The notes beneath the pieces were generated by a model. It was not told the origin of the DNA and searched no databases. It saw nothing but the letters and a program-made list of their open reading frames with translations. From positions 578,236 to 642,235 of the forward strand of contig CAWIXE010000002.1 in assembly GCA_963840035.1 (NCBI GenBank): a stretch of DNA of 64,000 bases, given 5' to 3'. Of the stretch, positions 1 through 8,541 are shown in pieces; the first letter of the stretch is position 1, and every line of letters starts with the position of its first letter. A program made the translations under genes and the position numbers. The DNA is from a candidate division FCPU426 bacterium. GTDB taxonomy: Bacteria > Oederibacteriota > PGYV01 > Palsa-1178.

Positions 1-2394
1 GGAGCTTATGTGATGGGCGCTTCAAAAGGGGTCATTTACATCAGGGCGGAATATCCGCTGGCAGTGGAACGCCTGAAAAACGCAATTAAGCAGGCAAAAG
101 AACTGGGCATCATGGGCGAGAACATTTTCGGTTCAGGATTTAACTTTGACCTGGAGTATGTAGAGGGAGCCGGCGCGTTCGTTTGCGGCGAGGAAACAGC
201 CCTCATGCAGTCCATAGAAGGCAAAGCCGGAAGGTCCATGCCGAGGCCGCCGTTCCCGGCTCAGAAGGGCCTCTGGGGCAAGCCGACAAACATCAATAAC
301 GTCGAGTCTTGGGTAAACGTCCCCCTCATTATTAATAGGGGCGGCGACTTCTTCGCCCAGACAGGCACTGAAAAATCATCCGGCACCAAGGTGTTCTCGC
401 TCGTTGGAAAGATCAAGAACACCGGCCTTGTGGAACTTCCGCTTGGCACGCCGCTTGAGAACATCATATATGAAATGGGTGAAGGCGCAGGCAAGAATAA
501 GCAGATACGCGCCGTACAGACAGGCGGCCCGTCAGGCGGCTGCATACCCGTTGAGAATTTTAACACTGCCGTGGATTATGAGTCGTTAAACGCGCTTGGC
601 GCCATCATGGGCTCGGGCGGAATGGTAGTTATGGACCAGGATAACTGCATGGTTGACGTGGCCAGGTATTTTGTGGAATTTACAGCCTCGGAATCATGCG
701 GAAAATGTACTGCATGCAGGGAAGGATTGTCGCAGTCCCTGGAGATATTAAACAGGATCACAAAAGGCAAAGGACAGCTTGAAGATATTGAAACCCTTGA
801 AAAACTGGCGTATGTCATAAAGGATTCGTCGCTGTGCGGCCTCGGCCAGACCAGCGCGAACCCGGTGCTTACGACACTGCGTTATTTCAGGGATGAATAC
901 AAAGCCCACATCATGGAAAAACGCTGCAAGGCCGGCGTTTGCGAAAACCTCTTTATGGCCCTTTGCGAGAACAGCTGCCCCATGCACATGAACATACCGG
1001 CCTACCTGCAGATGCTAAAGGAAGGCAGGATAGAGGAGGCTTTTGAATCAACGCTCCGCGACAACCCGCTTCCCGGAACGCTCGGCAGGATATGCCACTT
1101 CCATTGTAAGATGCGCTGCAGGAGGGACTCAGTAGACGAACCGGTGGCACAGGGCGAGATTCACCGCTATCTTGCGGATACCATGTATAAAATGGGAAAA
1201 GAAAAACAGCTTTACGCGAAGCTTATAAAAGAAAAACTCGCGCCCACAGGCAAGAGGATAGCCATAGTCGGCGCCGGCCCTGCCGGACTGACCGCGGCGT
1301 TTTACCTGGTGCGCCTGGGACACACGGTAACCATTTATGATTCGCACCCGCTGCCGGGAGGAATACTGCACTATGGTATCCCGGCTTACAGGCTGCCAAA
1401 AGACATACTTGCGAAGGAAATTGAGCTCATCAAAAAGCTCGGCGTAAAATTTGTCATGAATACGGCAGTGGGAACGGATATTTCCTATAAGACACTGGCA
1501 AAGGATAATGACGCGGTTCTGCTCGGCATAGGCGCGGAAAAAGACACGCCGCTTGACATACCCGGCAGCAACCTTAAGGGTATTTTCCCGGGATATGAAT
1601 TCCTGGAAGACTATACAAAAGGAAAGAAAGTCAGGATAGGAAAGAAAGTCGCCATAGTGGGCGCCGGAAACGTTGCCATAGACGCGGCAAGGACAGCTTT
1701 AAGGCTCGGAGCGGAAGTCACAATCGTTTACCGCAGGGACAGGAACGAAATGCCCGCCAATCTTCACGAGATTGAGGACGCGGAGGCGGAAAAGATTAAG
1801 TTTAAGCTCATGTCAGGCCCGAGCAAGGTAATCGGCGACGCGAAAGGCAATGTAAAAGGGCTTGAAGTTGAAAAGATGAAATTCGGCTCCATTGACCGTT
1901 CCGGAAGGAGGAAGCCTGTCGGCACGGGAGTCTTTGAGACCGTTGACTGCGACACGATAATCCTGGCCATCGGCGAAAAGGTCGAGTCGGCATTCGCAAA
2001 GGACCTCGGCATTGAGACAAATAAGAACGCCACGCTCAAAACGAATCCGTTTACCTTCAGGACTTCGAATGAAAAGTTCTACGCCATCGGCGACGCGGTA
2101 ACAGGCCCGGCCACCGCGGCGGAAGCCATGGGCATAGCTAAGAAAACCGCTGAAGCCATAGACATGGATTTAATGAAGGAAAGAAGGCTGTCAAAGCTTT
2201 ACAAAAAGTTTGTATATAAAAATGAGGTTTCCTTAAAGCCCGAGGGCGGCAAGAATACAAAGCCCAAGAAAGTGGCTGCAAAGGACAGGATAAACAGTTT
2301 CCAGGAAATACTCTCCGGCTATTCCGGCGAGCAGGCATTACGCGAAGCTACCCGGTGCTTAAGGTGTGACATCAAGCCCGGCAGCGAAGAATAA
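1..2394 (+). CDS. NuoF-like (51 kDa flavoprotein) domain fused to a GltD-like NAD(P)H FAD oxidoreductase domain; electron-transfer partner of the [FeFe] hydrogenase. The 5' end is cut by the window edge.
   Basis: NuoF motifs GGPSGGCIP and ESCGKCTACREG. A Cys-rich 4Fe-4S linker precedes the GltD-type FAD/NAD fold IAIVGAGPAGLTAAFYL...GGILHYGIPAYRLPKD and a second Rossmann VAIVGAGNVAIDAAR. The ORF is open to position 1. Confidence 0.8.
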   Translation, partial: GAYVMGASKGVIYIRAEYPLAVERLKNAIKQAKELGIMGENIFGSGFNFDLEYVEGAGAFVCGEETALMQSIEGKAGRSMPRPPFPAQKGLWGKPTNINNVESWVNVPLIINRGGDFFAQTGTEKSSGTKVFSLVGKIKNTGLVELPLGTPLENIIYEMGEGAGKNKQIRAVQTGGPSGGCIPVENFNTAVDYESLNALGAIMGSGGMVVMDQDNCMVDVARYFVEFTASESCGKCTACREGLSQSLEILNRITKGKGQLEDIETLEKLAYVIKDSSLCGLGQTSANPVLTTLRYFRDEYKAHIMEKRCKAGVCENLFMALCENSCPMHMNIPAYLQMLKEGRIEEAFESTLRDNPLPGTLGRICHFHCKMRCRRDSVDEPVAQGEIHRYLADTMYKMGKEKQLYAKLIKEKLAPTGKRIAIVGAGPAGLTAAFYLVRLGHTVTIYDSHPLPGGILHYGIPAYRLPKDILAKEIELIKKLGVKFVMNTAVGTDISYKTLAKDNDAVLLGIGAEKDTPLDIPGSNLKGIFPGYEFLEDYTKGKKVRIGKKVAIVGAGNVAIDAARTALRLGAEVTIVYRRDRNEMPANLHEIEDAEAEKIKFKLMSGPSKVIGDAKGNVKGLEVEKMKFGSIDRSGRRKPVGTGVFETVDCDTIILAIGEKVESAFAKDLGIETNKNATLKTNPFTFRTSNEKFYAIGDAVTGPATAAEAMGIAKKTAEAIDMDLMKERRLSKLYKKFVYKNEVSLKPEGGKNTKPKKVAAKDRINSFQEILSGYSGEQALREATRCLRCDIKPGSEE

Positions 2395-2408
2395 GGAGGA
2401 GGCGAAAA

Positions 2409-4223
2409 ATGGAGAATAAAACAATGGTTAACGTAAAGATTAACGGAGCACCGTATCAGGTGGAAAAAGGCGCCACTATACTCGCCGCCTGCAAGAACGC
2501 CGGAATAGACATACCCACACTTTGCTATATGGAGGATGTTTCAAGGAACGCTTCCTGCGGCATCTGCGTTGTTGAGGTCAAAGGGGGCAAGTCGCTCATC
2601 CGCTCATGCATCACGGAAGTATTTGAGAATATGGAAATATCCACGAATACCGGAAGGGTCAGGGAAGCGCGCAAGATGAATCTTGAACTTATCCTTGCGA
2701 ACCACCCGAATGACTGCTTAAACTGCCTGCGCAACCAGAACTGCGAACTGCAGTCCATGGCCTTTGAGCTCGGTATTAAGGAACCAATGTTTGGAAGGAC
2801 AAAACCCATGGTAAAGCTGGACAATTCATCACCGGCTGTGTCAAGGGACATGAACAAATGCATCCTGTGCAAAAGGTGCGTCAATGTCTGTTCGGAAGTC
2901 CAGACCGTGAACGCGTACGAGATAATAAACAGGGGCATAAAATGCAAGGTAGCCCCTTATTTTGACAAAGGCCTCGGTGAAGTGGCCTGTACCAACTGCG
3001 GTCAGTGCGCGCTCGTATGCCCGACCGGGGCGATTGTGGAGCAGGACCACACCGAGAGGGTGTGGAAAGACCTGAACAATGCCGACAAGGTCGTGCTGGT
3101 GCAGACCGCGCCGGCTATCCGCGTGGGCATCGGAGAAGCCATGGGTATGGAGAAGGGCGCGCTCGTCACCGGCAAGATGGTATCGGCTTTAAGGCGCCTG
3201 GGGTTCAACAAGGTATTTGACACGAATTTCACGGCAGACCTTACGATACTTGAAGAAGGCCACGAGCTGATAAAAAGGCTTACAAAAGGCGGAGTACTCC
3301 CTATGATCACTTCGTGCTCGCCGGGATGGATAAAGTTCATAGAGCATTTCTTCCCGAACCAGCTTGACCATTTATCCACCTGCAAATCGCCCCAGCAGAT
3401 GTTCGGCGCCGTGGCGAAGACCTATTACGCTGAAAAAATGGGCATAGACCCGAGGAAAATATCTGTCGTATCCATAATGCCGTGCACCGCCAAAAAATAC
3501 GAGGCAAAGAGGCCGGAGATGATGGGCGGGTATGAGTACTGGAAGGAAAAGATGAATCTGACAGAAGATGATAAGTTTTATGATGTCGACCATGTCCTGA
3601 CCACAAGGGAACTCGCCAGGATGTTCAAGGAAGTCGGCATACATTTTGACACTCTTCCGGAGGAAGAGTTTGACAGCCCGCTGGGAGCGTCAACCGGAGC
3701 CGCGGTAATATTCGGAGCCACCGGAGGCGTCATGGAAGCAGCGGTCAGGACAGCGTATGAAGTGGTGGTAGGAAAGCCGCTCCCGTCGCTTGACCTGCAG
3801 GTTGTCAGGGGATTTGAGGGAATAAGGGAAGCCGAGCTTGACTTAAACGGCACCAAGGTAAGAGTGGCTGTAGCGCATACCCTTGGCAACGCCCGCAAGC
3901 TTTTAGAGCAGATAGAGGCCGGCAAGTCGCCGTACCATTTCATCGAGGTCATGACCTGCCCCGGAGGATGCTTAGGCGGCGGCGGACAGCCGATACCCAC
4001 GACATGGGCCACAAGGCAGAAGAGGGCGGATTCCATATACGCCGAAGACAGGCACAAAGGCCTGCGCAAGTCGCACGAAAACCCTGAAGTGGCGACGCTT
4101 TACAAGGAATTCCTGAAAGAGCCGCTGGGCCACCTGTCACACGAGCTGCTCCACACCACATATGAAAAGAGGGGATATTTTGTAACCCCGTCTGAAGTGC
4201 TGCAGGAAGTAAAGATAGACTAA
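2409..4223 (+). CDS. hydA: [FeFe] hydrogenase large subunit with M3 architecture: N-terminal 2Fe-2S ferredoxin, His-ligated 4Fe-4S, two 4Fe-4S ferredoxin motifs, then the H-cluster domain.
   Basis: H-cluster signatures TSCSPGW (L1 variant), MPCTAKKYE (L2) and EVMTCPGGCLGGGGQP (L3). Upstream motifs HPNDCLNCLRNQNC, CILCKRCVNVC and CTNCGQCALVCP. AGGAGG lies 8 nt upstream of the ATG. Confidence 0.9.
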   Translation: MENKTMVNVKINGAPYQVEKGATILAACKNAGIDIPTLCYMEDVSRNASCGICVVEVKGGKSLIRSCITEVFENMEISTNTGRVREARKMNLELILANHPNDCLNCLRNQNCELQSMAFELGIKEPMFGRTKPMVKLDNSSPAVSRDMNKCILCKRCVNVCSEVQTVNAYEIINRGIKCKVAPYFDKGLGEVACTNCGQCALVCPTGAIVEQDHTERVWKDLNNADKVVLVQTAPAIRVGIGEAMGMEKGALVTGKMVSALRRLGFNKVFDTNFTADLTILEEGHELIKRLTKGGVLPMITSCSPGWIKFIEHFFPNQLDHLSTCKSPQQMFGAVAKTYYAEKMGIDPRKISVVSIMPCTAKKYEAKRPEMMGGYEYWKEKMNLTEDDKFYDVDHVLTTRELARMFKEVGIHFDTLPEEEFDSPLGASTGAAVIFGATGGVMEAAVRTAYEVVVGKPLPSLDLQVVRGFEGIREAELDLNGTKVRVAVAHTLGNARKLLEQIEAGKSPYHFIEVMTCPGGCLGGGGQPIPTTWATRQKRADSIYAEDRHKGLRKSHENPEVATLYKEFLKEPLGHLSHELLHTTYEKRGYFVTPSEVLQEVKID

Positions 4224-4236
4224 AGCCACAAACCAA

Positions 4237-4268
4237 AAGGCCGGGGATAAAACCCCGGCCTTTTTTAT
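4237..4268 (+). terminator. Rho-independent terminator after hydA
   Basis: aggccgggg-ataaaa-ccccggcct followed by a T6 run. Confidence 0.8.
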
Positions 4269-4320
4269 TGGTATACGCAAGCGTTTTGTTCTCGTAGCGG
4301 GCGCATATCATTCGTCCGTT

Positions 4321-4647
4321 TAACCGGAATAGTGTCGTGACCCAAATGTGGTAGAAAAAAGTTATATAAATACATGAATGGTATTATATTGGACAAAAAC
4401 AGAGGTTTTGTTTATAATATCGAAAATGTAGGGGTTATTTGTACAGGAAGCTGTGTGTTGTGTTTGTTATGTAAGCGCAAAAGAATATGAGAAAAGTAGT
4501 TTATTTAAGTGCTTAAAAGCAACATTATGACTTCTATATTTTGTTGAGGTTATTATAATAAAAAATACGTTAAATACTAGAAATAGTGAAAACGACAATA
4601 AAGTAAGGCATTTTATACGAGAATGTCTTGAGTCACGACGCGGACCC
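4321..4647. mobile_element. MITE-like, internally deleted derivative of the Y1-transposase element at 5528-6671
   Basis: The left end (gtgtcgtgac...tgtag...ttataatatcgaaaatgtagggg) and right end (gaatgtcttgagtcacgacgcggaccc) are collinear with the ends of the full element. A degenerate remnant of the transposase 5' codons (atgtaagcgc..atgagaaaagt..tttaag) is retained. There is no intact ORF. Confidence 0.65.
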
Positions 4648-4874
4648 GGTATGTTGAATAGCATAGTGACTTATGTGAAGACCGGTAATTGGCCTAGTCA
4701 AATTCAATTAGATAAATGTGGCCCTTGTATTGCAGATATTATGTCCAGCTTGGGTGAATGTACAGGAGAAGACGATAATCATACATATACTACGAGATGT
4801 GTCGATCCGTCAGAATTGGTCTGTGAATTGGCGCCGAGTTTGCAATAAATATCATTTTTAAACATGAGGTGAAA

Positions 4875-5390
4875 ATGAAAAAACTAACATTAATTATTAT
4901 TTTTGTTGTTCTTGCGGTAATTGGGGCTAGCAATTATTTTGTTTACTCAAATCATGATAAAGCAATCAACTACGATTTAAAAAATGTTTTTATTCCAAAA
5001 AAATGGTTTGTATTAAGATATAAAATTGATGAAAAGCGAAAAGTATTTAAAACATATACGCCCGACACAACGTCAATGCTAATAGTAGCAACTGTTTATA
5101 ATAAAATAACAGAAACGACGGTAAAAAGTTTAATTTCTGATTTAAATGTTTACAGACTCAATTTTACAGACTATGATCTGATTCAAAAAAAAGAGCTTTC
5201 AACAAATGTTTTGTTTTATCGTTATGCAACTAGAAGCGATGAATTATTTTATATAATCGACGTATTTGCTAAAAAACTGAATGATTCTTGCATTTATTTA
5301 TACTACGCAAAAAAGGTAAGTAAAAAAAATGAGCCATACAATTTTGACGTACTGGATTTTATTGTAAAAATTAATGCCGAACTTGTTTGA
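4875..5390 (+). CDS. Hypothetical protein with an N-terminal TM/signal anchor, very AT-rich; likely cargo between the two element copies
   Basis: Long ORF with a hydrophobic N-terminus LTLIIIFVVLAVIGA. GAGG lies upstream. GC is far below the flanking genes. No recognisable domain. Confidence 0.5.
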   Translation: MKKLTLIIIFVVLAVIGASNYFVYSNHDKAINYDLKNVFIPKKWFVLRYKIDEKRKVFKTYTPDTTSMLIVATVYNKITETTVKSLISDLNVYRLNFTDYDLIQKKELSTNVLFYRYATRSDELFYIIDVFAKKLNDSCIYLYYAKKVSKKNEPYNFDVLDFIVKINAELV

Positions 5391-5527
5391 TTAATATATT
5401 TACGTACAACATAATTAGGGTAACTGGTGGGTGTTAGGATGATGCATGCGACAATTTTTCGCTACGGTAACCAGAACAGGCTTACAATCGAGAGGTATGC
5501 GGATGACAGTTATCTGAGGTAATAACC

Positions 5528-6671
5528 GGGACCGTGTCGTGACTTAAGACATTGTAGAAAAAAAGGCTATAAAAATAAGGCCTTAGTATTATAATTGGAT
5601 AAATACAAGGGTTTTGCTTATAATATCGAAAATATAGGGGGGATTTATGAGCAGGCAGTTGCGTATTGTATTTCCTGGTGCGGTTTATCATGTAAGCGCC
5701 AGGGGGTATGAGAAAAGTTTTATATTTAAGGATTATAAAGACAAACAAAGGCTGATGGATATTATTTTTGACGTACATAGAAAGTACAGTTTTATTATTT
5801 ATGCATATGCAATCATGGATAATCATTATCATCTAATAATGGAAACAATCGAACCAAATCTGTCATTTATCATGTACCATATAAATAAGAGATACGGGAC
5901 GTATTATAATATCAGGCATGAAAGAAAAGGCTATGTTTTTGAAAAGCGTTTTAGCGCTTTTATAATACAAAAAGGGGAAGCCATGAAAGCTCAGGTTCAG
6001 TATGTTCATATGAACCCGATGCGCGCAAATATGGAAAAAGTATTGGGGGAATACAAGTGGACCAGCCATAATTATTACCTTGGGAACGAAAAACAGTCGA
6101 TAGCTGACAGTGAATTTGTGCTTTCGATGTTTGGTGAAGACACAAAGACAGCGATACCGGAGTATGAAGCTTATATGGCAAAATCACGCAGATTCGGCAA
6201 ATCAAGGACTGAAATCGGCGTTTATGGTACGGGAATAATAGGGGAGGAAAGTTTTGTAAAACAAATAAAACTTATAGCTAATAATAAAAAGCTGCCCGAA
6301 GCTATAAACAAACGCAAGGAAATGAAAAAGATTTACGGATATGGGGAAATAATAAGGGCTGTAAGCGGATATTACGGAATTTCTGAAGTGGTTTTGTGCT
6401 CTAAAAAGGGGTGTTGGAATATATATAAGAAAGCAGCGATTTATTTATTGTTAAATGATGGGGGATTAACAGGAGCAGACATAGGCAGGCTGTTTGAAAT
6501 GCATCAAAGCTCAATATCAAAAGCTTCAAACCGGCTTAAAGATAAAATGGAGAAGGATAAAGAAATAGCAAGTGAAATAGAAAAAATACGTGTTAAATAC
6601 GTAAAAATACGCGAAGCACTAATAAAATAAGGCGTTTTATATTAGAATGTCTTGAGTCACGACACGGACCC
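5528..6671 (+). mobile_element. Transposable element bounded by roughly 29-bp imperfect terminal inverted repeats, carrying a Y1/HUH (IS200-like/RAYT-like) transposase
   Basis: Left end gggaccgtgtcgtgacttaagacattgtag. Right end tagaatgtcttgagtcacgacacggaccc, whose reverse complement is gggtccgtgtcgtgactcaagacattcta. Confidence 0.7.
5647..6630 (+). CDS. Y1 HUH transposase (IS200-like / REP-associated tyrosine transposase-like) fused to a C-terminal DnaA-C-like HTH domain
   Basis: HUH motif DNHYHLIME and a catalytic Tyr region QYVHMNPMRA. The C-terminal segment IIRAVSGYYGISEVVLCSKK...AAIYLLLNDGGLTGADIGRLFEMHQSSISKA resembles domain IV of DnaA. GGGG lies upstream. Confidence 0.8.
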   Translation: MSRQLRIVFPGAVYHVSARGYEKSFIFKDYKDKQRLMDIIFDVHRKYSFIIYAYAIMDNHYHLIMETIEPNLSFIMYHINKRYGTYYNIRHERKGYVFEKRFSAFIIQKGEAMKAQVQYVHMNPMRANMEKVLGEYKWTSHNYYLGNEKQSIADSEFVLSMFGEDTKTAIPEYEAYMAKSRRFGKSRTEIGVYGTGIIGEESFVKQIKLIANNKKLPEAINKRKEMKKIYGYGEIIRAVSGYYGISEVVLCSKKGCWNIYKKAAIYLLLNDGGLTGADIGRLFEMHQSSISKASNRLKDKMEKDKEIASEIEKIRVKYVKIREALIK

Positions 6672-6907
6672 TGTAGCAGGAGAATATGCAGGCATGACAG
6701 GGGTGTCGGCCGGCGGGGCCTATTATGCGACTATTTATGCCTGTGATGGACTTGTTTACCGGACGTGGATAGACGCCGGTGCGGATAACGCATATAAATA
6801 AACAGTAATTTTGTGCTTGACAAAATCCTGAAATATGATAATATTAACGTAATAAATGTAGCAGATTTTACTACATGTTTCAAAAATTTTTTGGAGGTTC
6901 CAGAAGT

Positions 6908-7108
6908 ATGGCAAAGGGAAAAGTGAAATGGTTTAACGACAAGAAAGGGTACGGATTCATTGAACAGGAAGGCGGAAAGGACGTATTTGTTCATTTCGAC
7001 GCGATCAAGATGGAAGGCTTCAAGACCTTAAAAGAGGGCGAAGAAGTATCGTTTGACATCGTTGAAGGCGCGAAAGGCCCGCAGGCAGCAAACGTAACAA
7101 AGGGCTAA
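6908..7108 (+). CDS. cspA: Cold-shock protein, CspA family
   Basis: [28 protein letters not shown] contains the RNP1/RNP2 motifs. GGAGG lies 10 nt upstream of the internal ATG. The M at 6875 given by the ORF track is probably too early. Confidence 0.9.
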   Translation: MAKGKVKWFNDKKGYGFIEQEGGKDVFVHFDAIKMEGFKTLKEGEEVSFDIVEGAKGPQAANVTKG

Positions 7109-7128
7109 TTTAGCTTTCGTACCAATAT

Positions 7129-7160
7129 AAGGCCCGGCTGAAAAGCCGGGCCTTTTTTTT
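7129..7160 (+). terminator. Rho-independent terminator after cspA
   Basis: ggcccggc-tgaaaa-gccgggcc followed by a T9 run. Confidence 0.85.
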
Positions 7161-7297
7161 TATATTCATTCAAGAGTTTTAATGCTAAAACGGTTTGGGT
7201 ACGCCCCGGGACATACCCAACATATAATTAAAAAAGTAAAAAGTGTAAGATGAAAAACCCCACATAGAAAAAGAAAAAGTCCCAACAGAACAACTGA

Positions 7298-8444
7298 TGG
7301 TATTATGTAAGTGCGACCAAACATAAACCAAAGGAGCTGGACTGATGGGACAAGTAAATAGTACCACAAGAACGTATTTAAGGGAAAGCGAAAGATACAA
7401 GATTGAGGCTTTACGGCAGAAGAAATTAACAGGTCGCGAGATAGGCCGTTTGTTGGGTAGAAATCACAGGACGATAAACAGAGAGATAAAAAGAGGCACG
7501 ATTGAGCTGTTGAATAGTGATTTAACAACCCGGAAGGTATATAAAGCGCACATAGGCCAGGAAATACATGATGAAAAGTCAAAGCACAAAGGACCAGGAT
7601 TAAAGATAGGCAGCGACCACAAACTGGCTGAATACATAGAACTAACCATAAAGAAAGACCGATACTCTCCGGCCGCGGTTGCAGCAACAATCAAGAACAA
7701 AGAACAGAAATTTACTGTGACTTTAAGTGCAAAAACCATTTATAACTATATAGGCAAAGAAGTTTTTTATGGCATAAGCAATGAGGATTTATGGATGAAA
7801 CGCAAAAGGAAAAACAAGAACAAAAGAGTGCGTGTTTTCGATAAGAACAGACTTTGCAAGAGCATAGAAGACAGACCAAAAGAGGCCAATGAAAGATCTG
7901 AATACGGTCACTGGGAAATCGATTGCGTCAAAGGAAAGCAAGGGGATAAAGAATGTTTGTTGACGTTGAGTGAAAGGAAGACAAGAAAGGAAATAATTGA
8001 GAAAATGAAGTCAGCCTCAAATGAAGAAGTCGACAGAGTTCTGACGAAGTTGGAACAGAAATACAAAGAAAATTTTAAGGATATTTTTAAGAGTATCACG
8101 GCAGATAATGGCTCGGAGTTCTTGAACTGGGAGTTTTTAGAAGCCAGCAAAGTATTTAATGGACAAAAAAGGACAAATATATATTTTGCTCACCCTTATT
8201 GTTCCTGTGAAAGAGGTACAAACGAGAACTCAAACAGGATGATAAGACGGTTTATACCCAAGGGAACCAGCATAGGCCCTATAAGCAATAAGGAAATCAA
8301 GAAAATAGAGACATGGATGAACAATTACCCCAGAAAGGTAATTGGATACGAAACTGCGACACAAATGACAAATCAAATCTTTACAAGAAAAATGCCTCAG
8401 TTGGTTGGGGTGGGGTTTTAATTGTTGCAACTTACGATATAATT
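7298..8444 (+). mobile_element. IS30-family insertion sequence, copy 1; boundaries are approximate
   Basis: Imperfect terminal IRs (tattatgtaagtgcgaccaa vs reverse complement of ttgttgcaacttacgatataat) flank an IS30 transposase gene. The length of about 1.15 kb is typical of the family. Confidence 0.55.
7345..8421 (+). CDS. IS30-family DDE transposase
   Basis: N-terminal HTH LTGREIGRLLGRNHRTINREIKRG and DDE-region motifs HWEIDCVKG, ITADNGSEF and CERGTNEN. Confidence 0.9.
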   Translation: MGQVNSTTRTYLRESERYKIEALRQKKLTGREIGRLLGRNHRTINREIKRGTIELLNSDLTTRKVYKAHIGQEIHDEKSKHKGPGLKIGSDHKLAEYIELTIKKDRYSPAAVAATIKNKEQKFTVTLSAKTIYNYIGKEVFYGISNEDLWMKRKRKNKNKRVRVFDKNRLCKSIEDRPKEANERSEYGHWEIDCVKGKQGDKECLLTLSERKTRKEIIEKMKSASNEEVDRVLTKLEQKYKENFKDIFKSITADNGSEFLNWEFLEASKVFNGQKRTNIYFAHPYCSCERGTNENSNRMIRRFIPKGTSIGPISNKEIKKIETWMNNYPRKVIGYETATQMTNQIFTRKMPQLVGVGF

Positions 8445-8541
8445 AAAAAAGCCACGGATACATTGACGGAAAGTCAAATTATGTTATAATCACATGTTGC
8501 CGCGCTAAATTATGTGAAGACTGGAAGACAAGGGAGATAAA

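Noticed and set aside
3002-4311. Several 60-160 aa minus-strand and alternative-frame ORFs inside hydA (for example 3578-4069, 3949-4311)
   Set aside because: They lie in GC-rich coding sequence opposite a gene with canonical H-cluster motifs. No RBS, and the translations are Ser/Pro/Arg-rich and biased.
4651-4848. 65-aa Cys-rich ORF starting inside the MITE right end
   Set aside because: No RBS, and the start is embedded in the terminal repeat. Kept only as a mention in the island finding, not as a feature.
7166-7690. 174-aa minus-strand ORF overlapping the IS30 copy 1 left end and transposase start
   Set aside because: Antisense to a well-supported transposase gene, low-complexity hydrophobic translation, no RBS; a typical spurious ORF.
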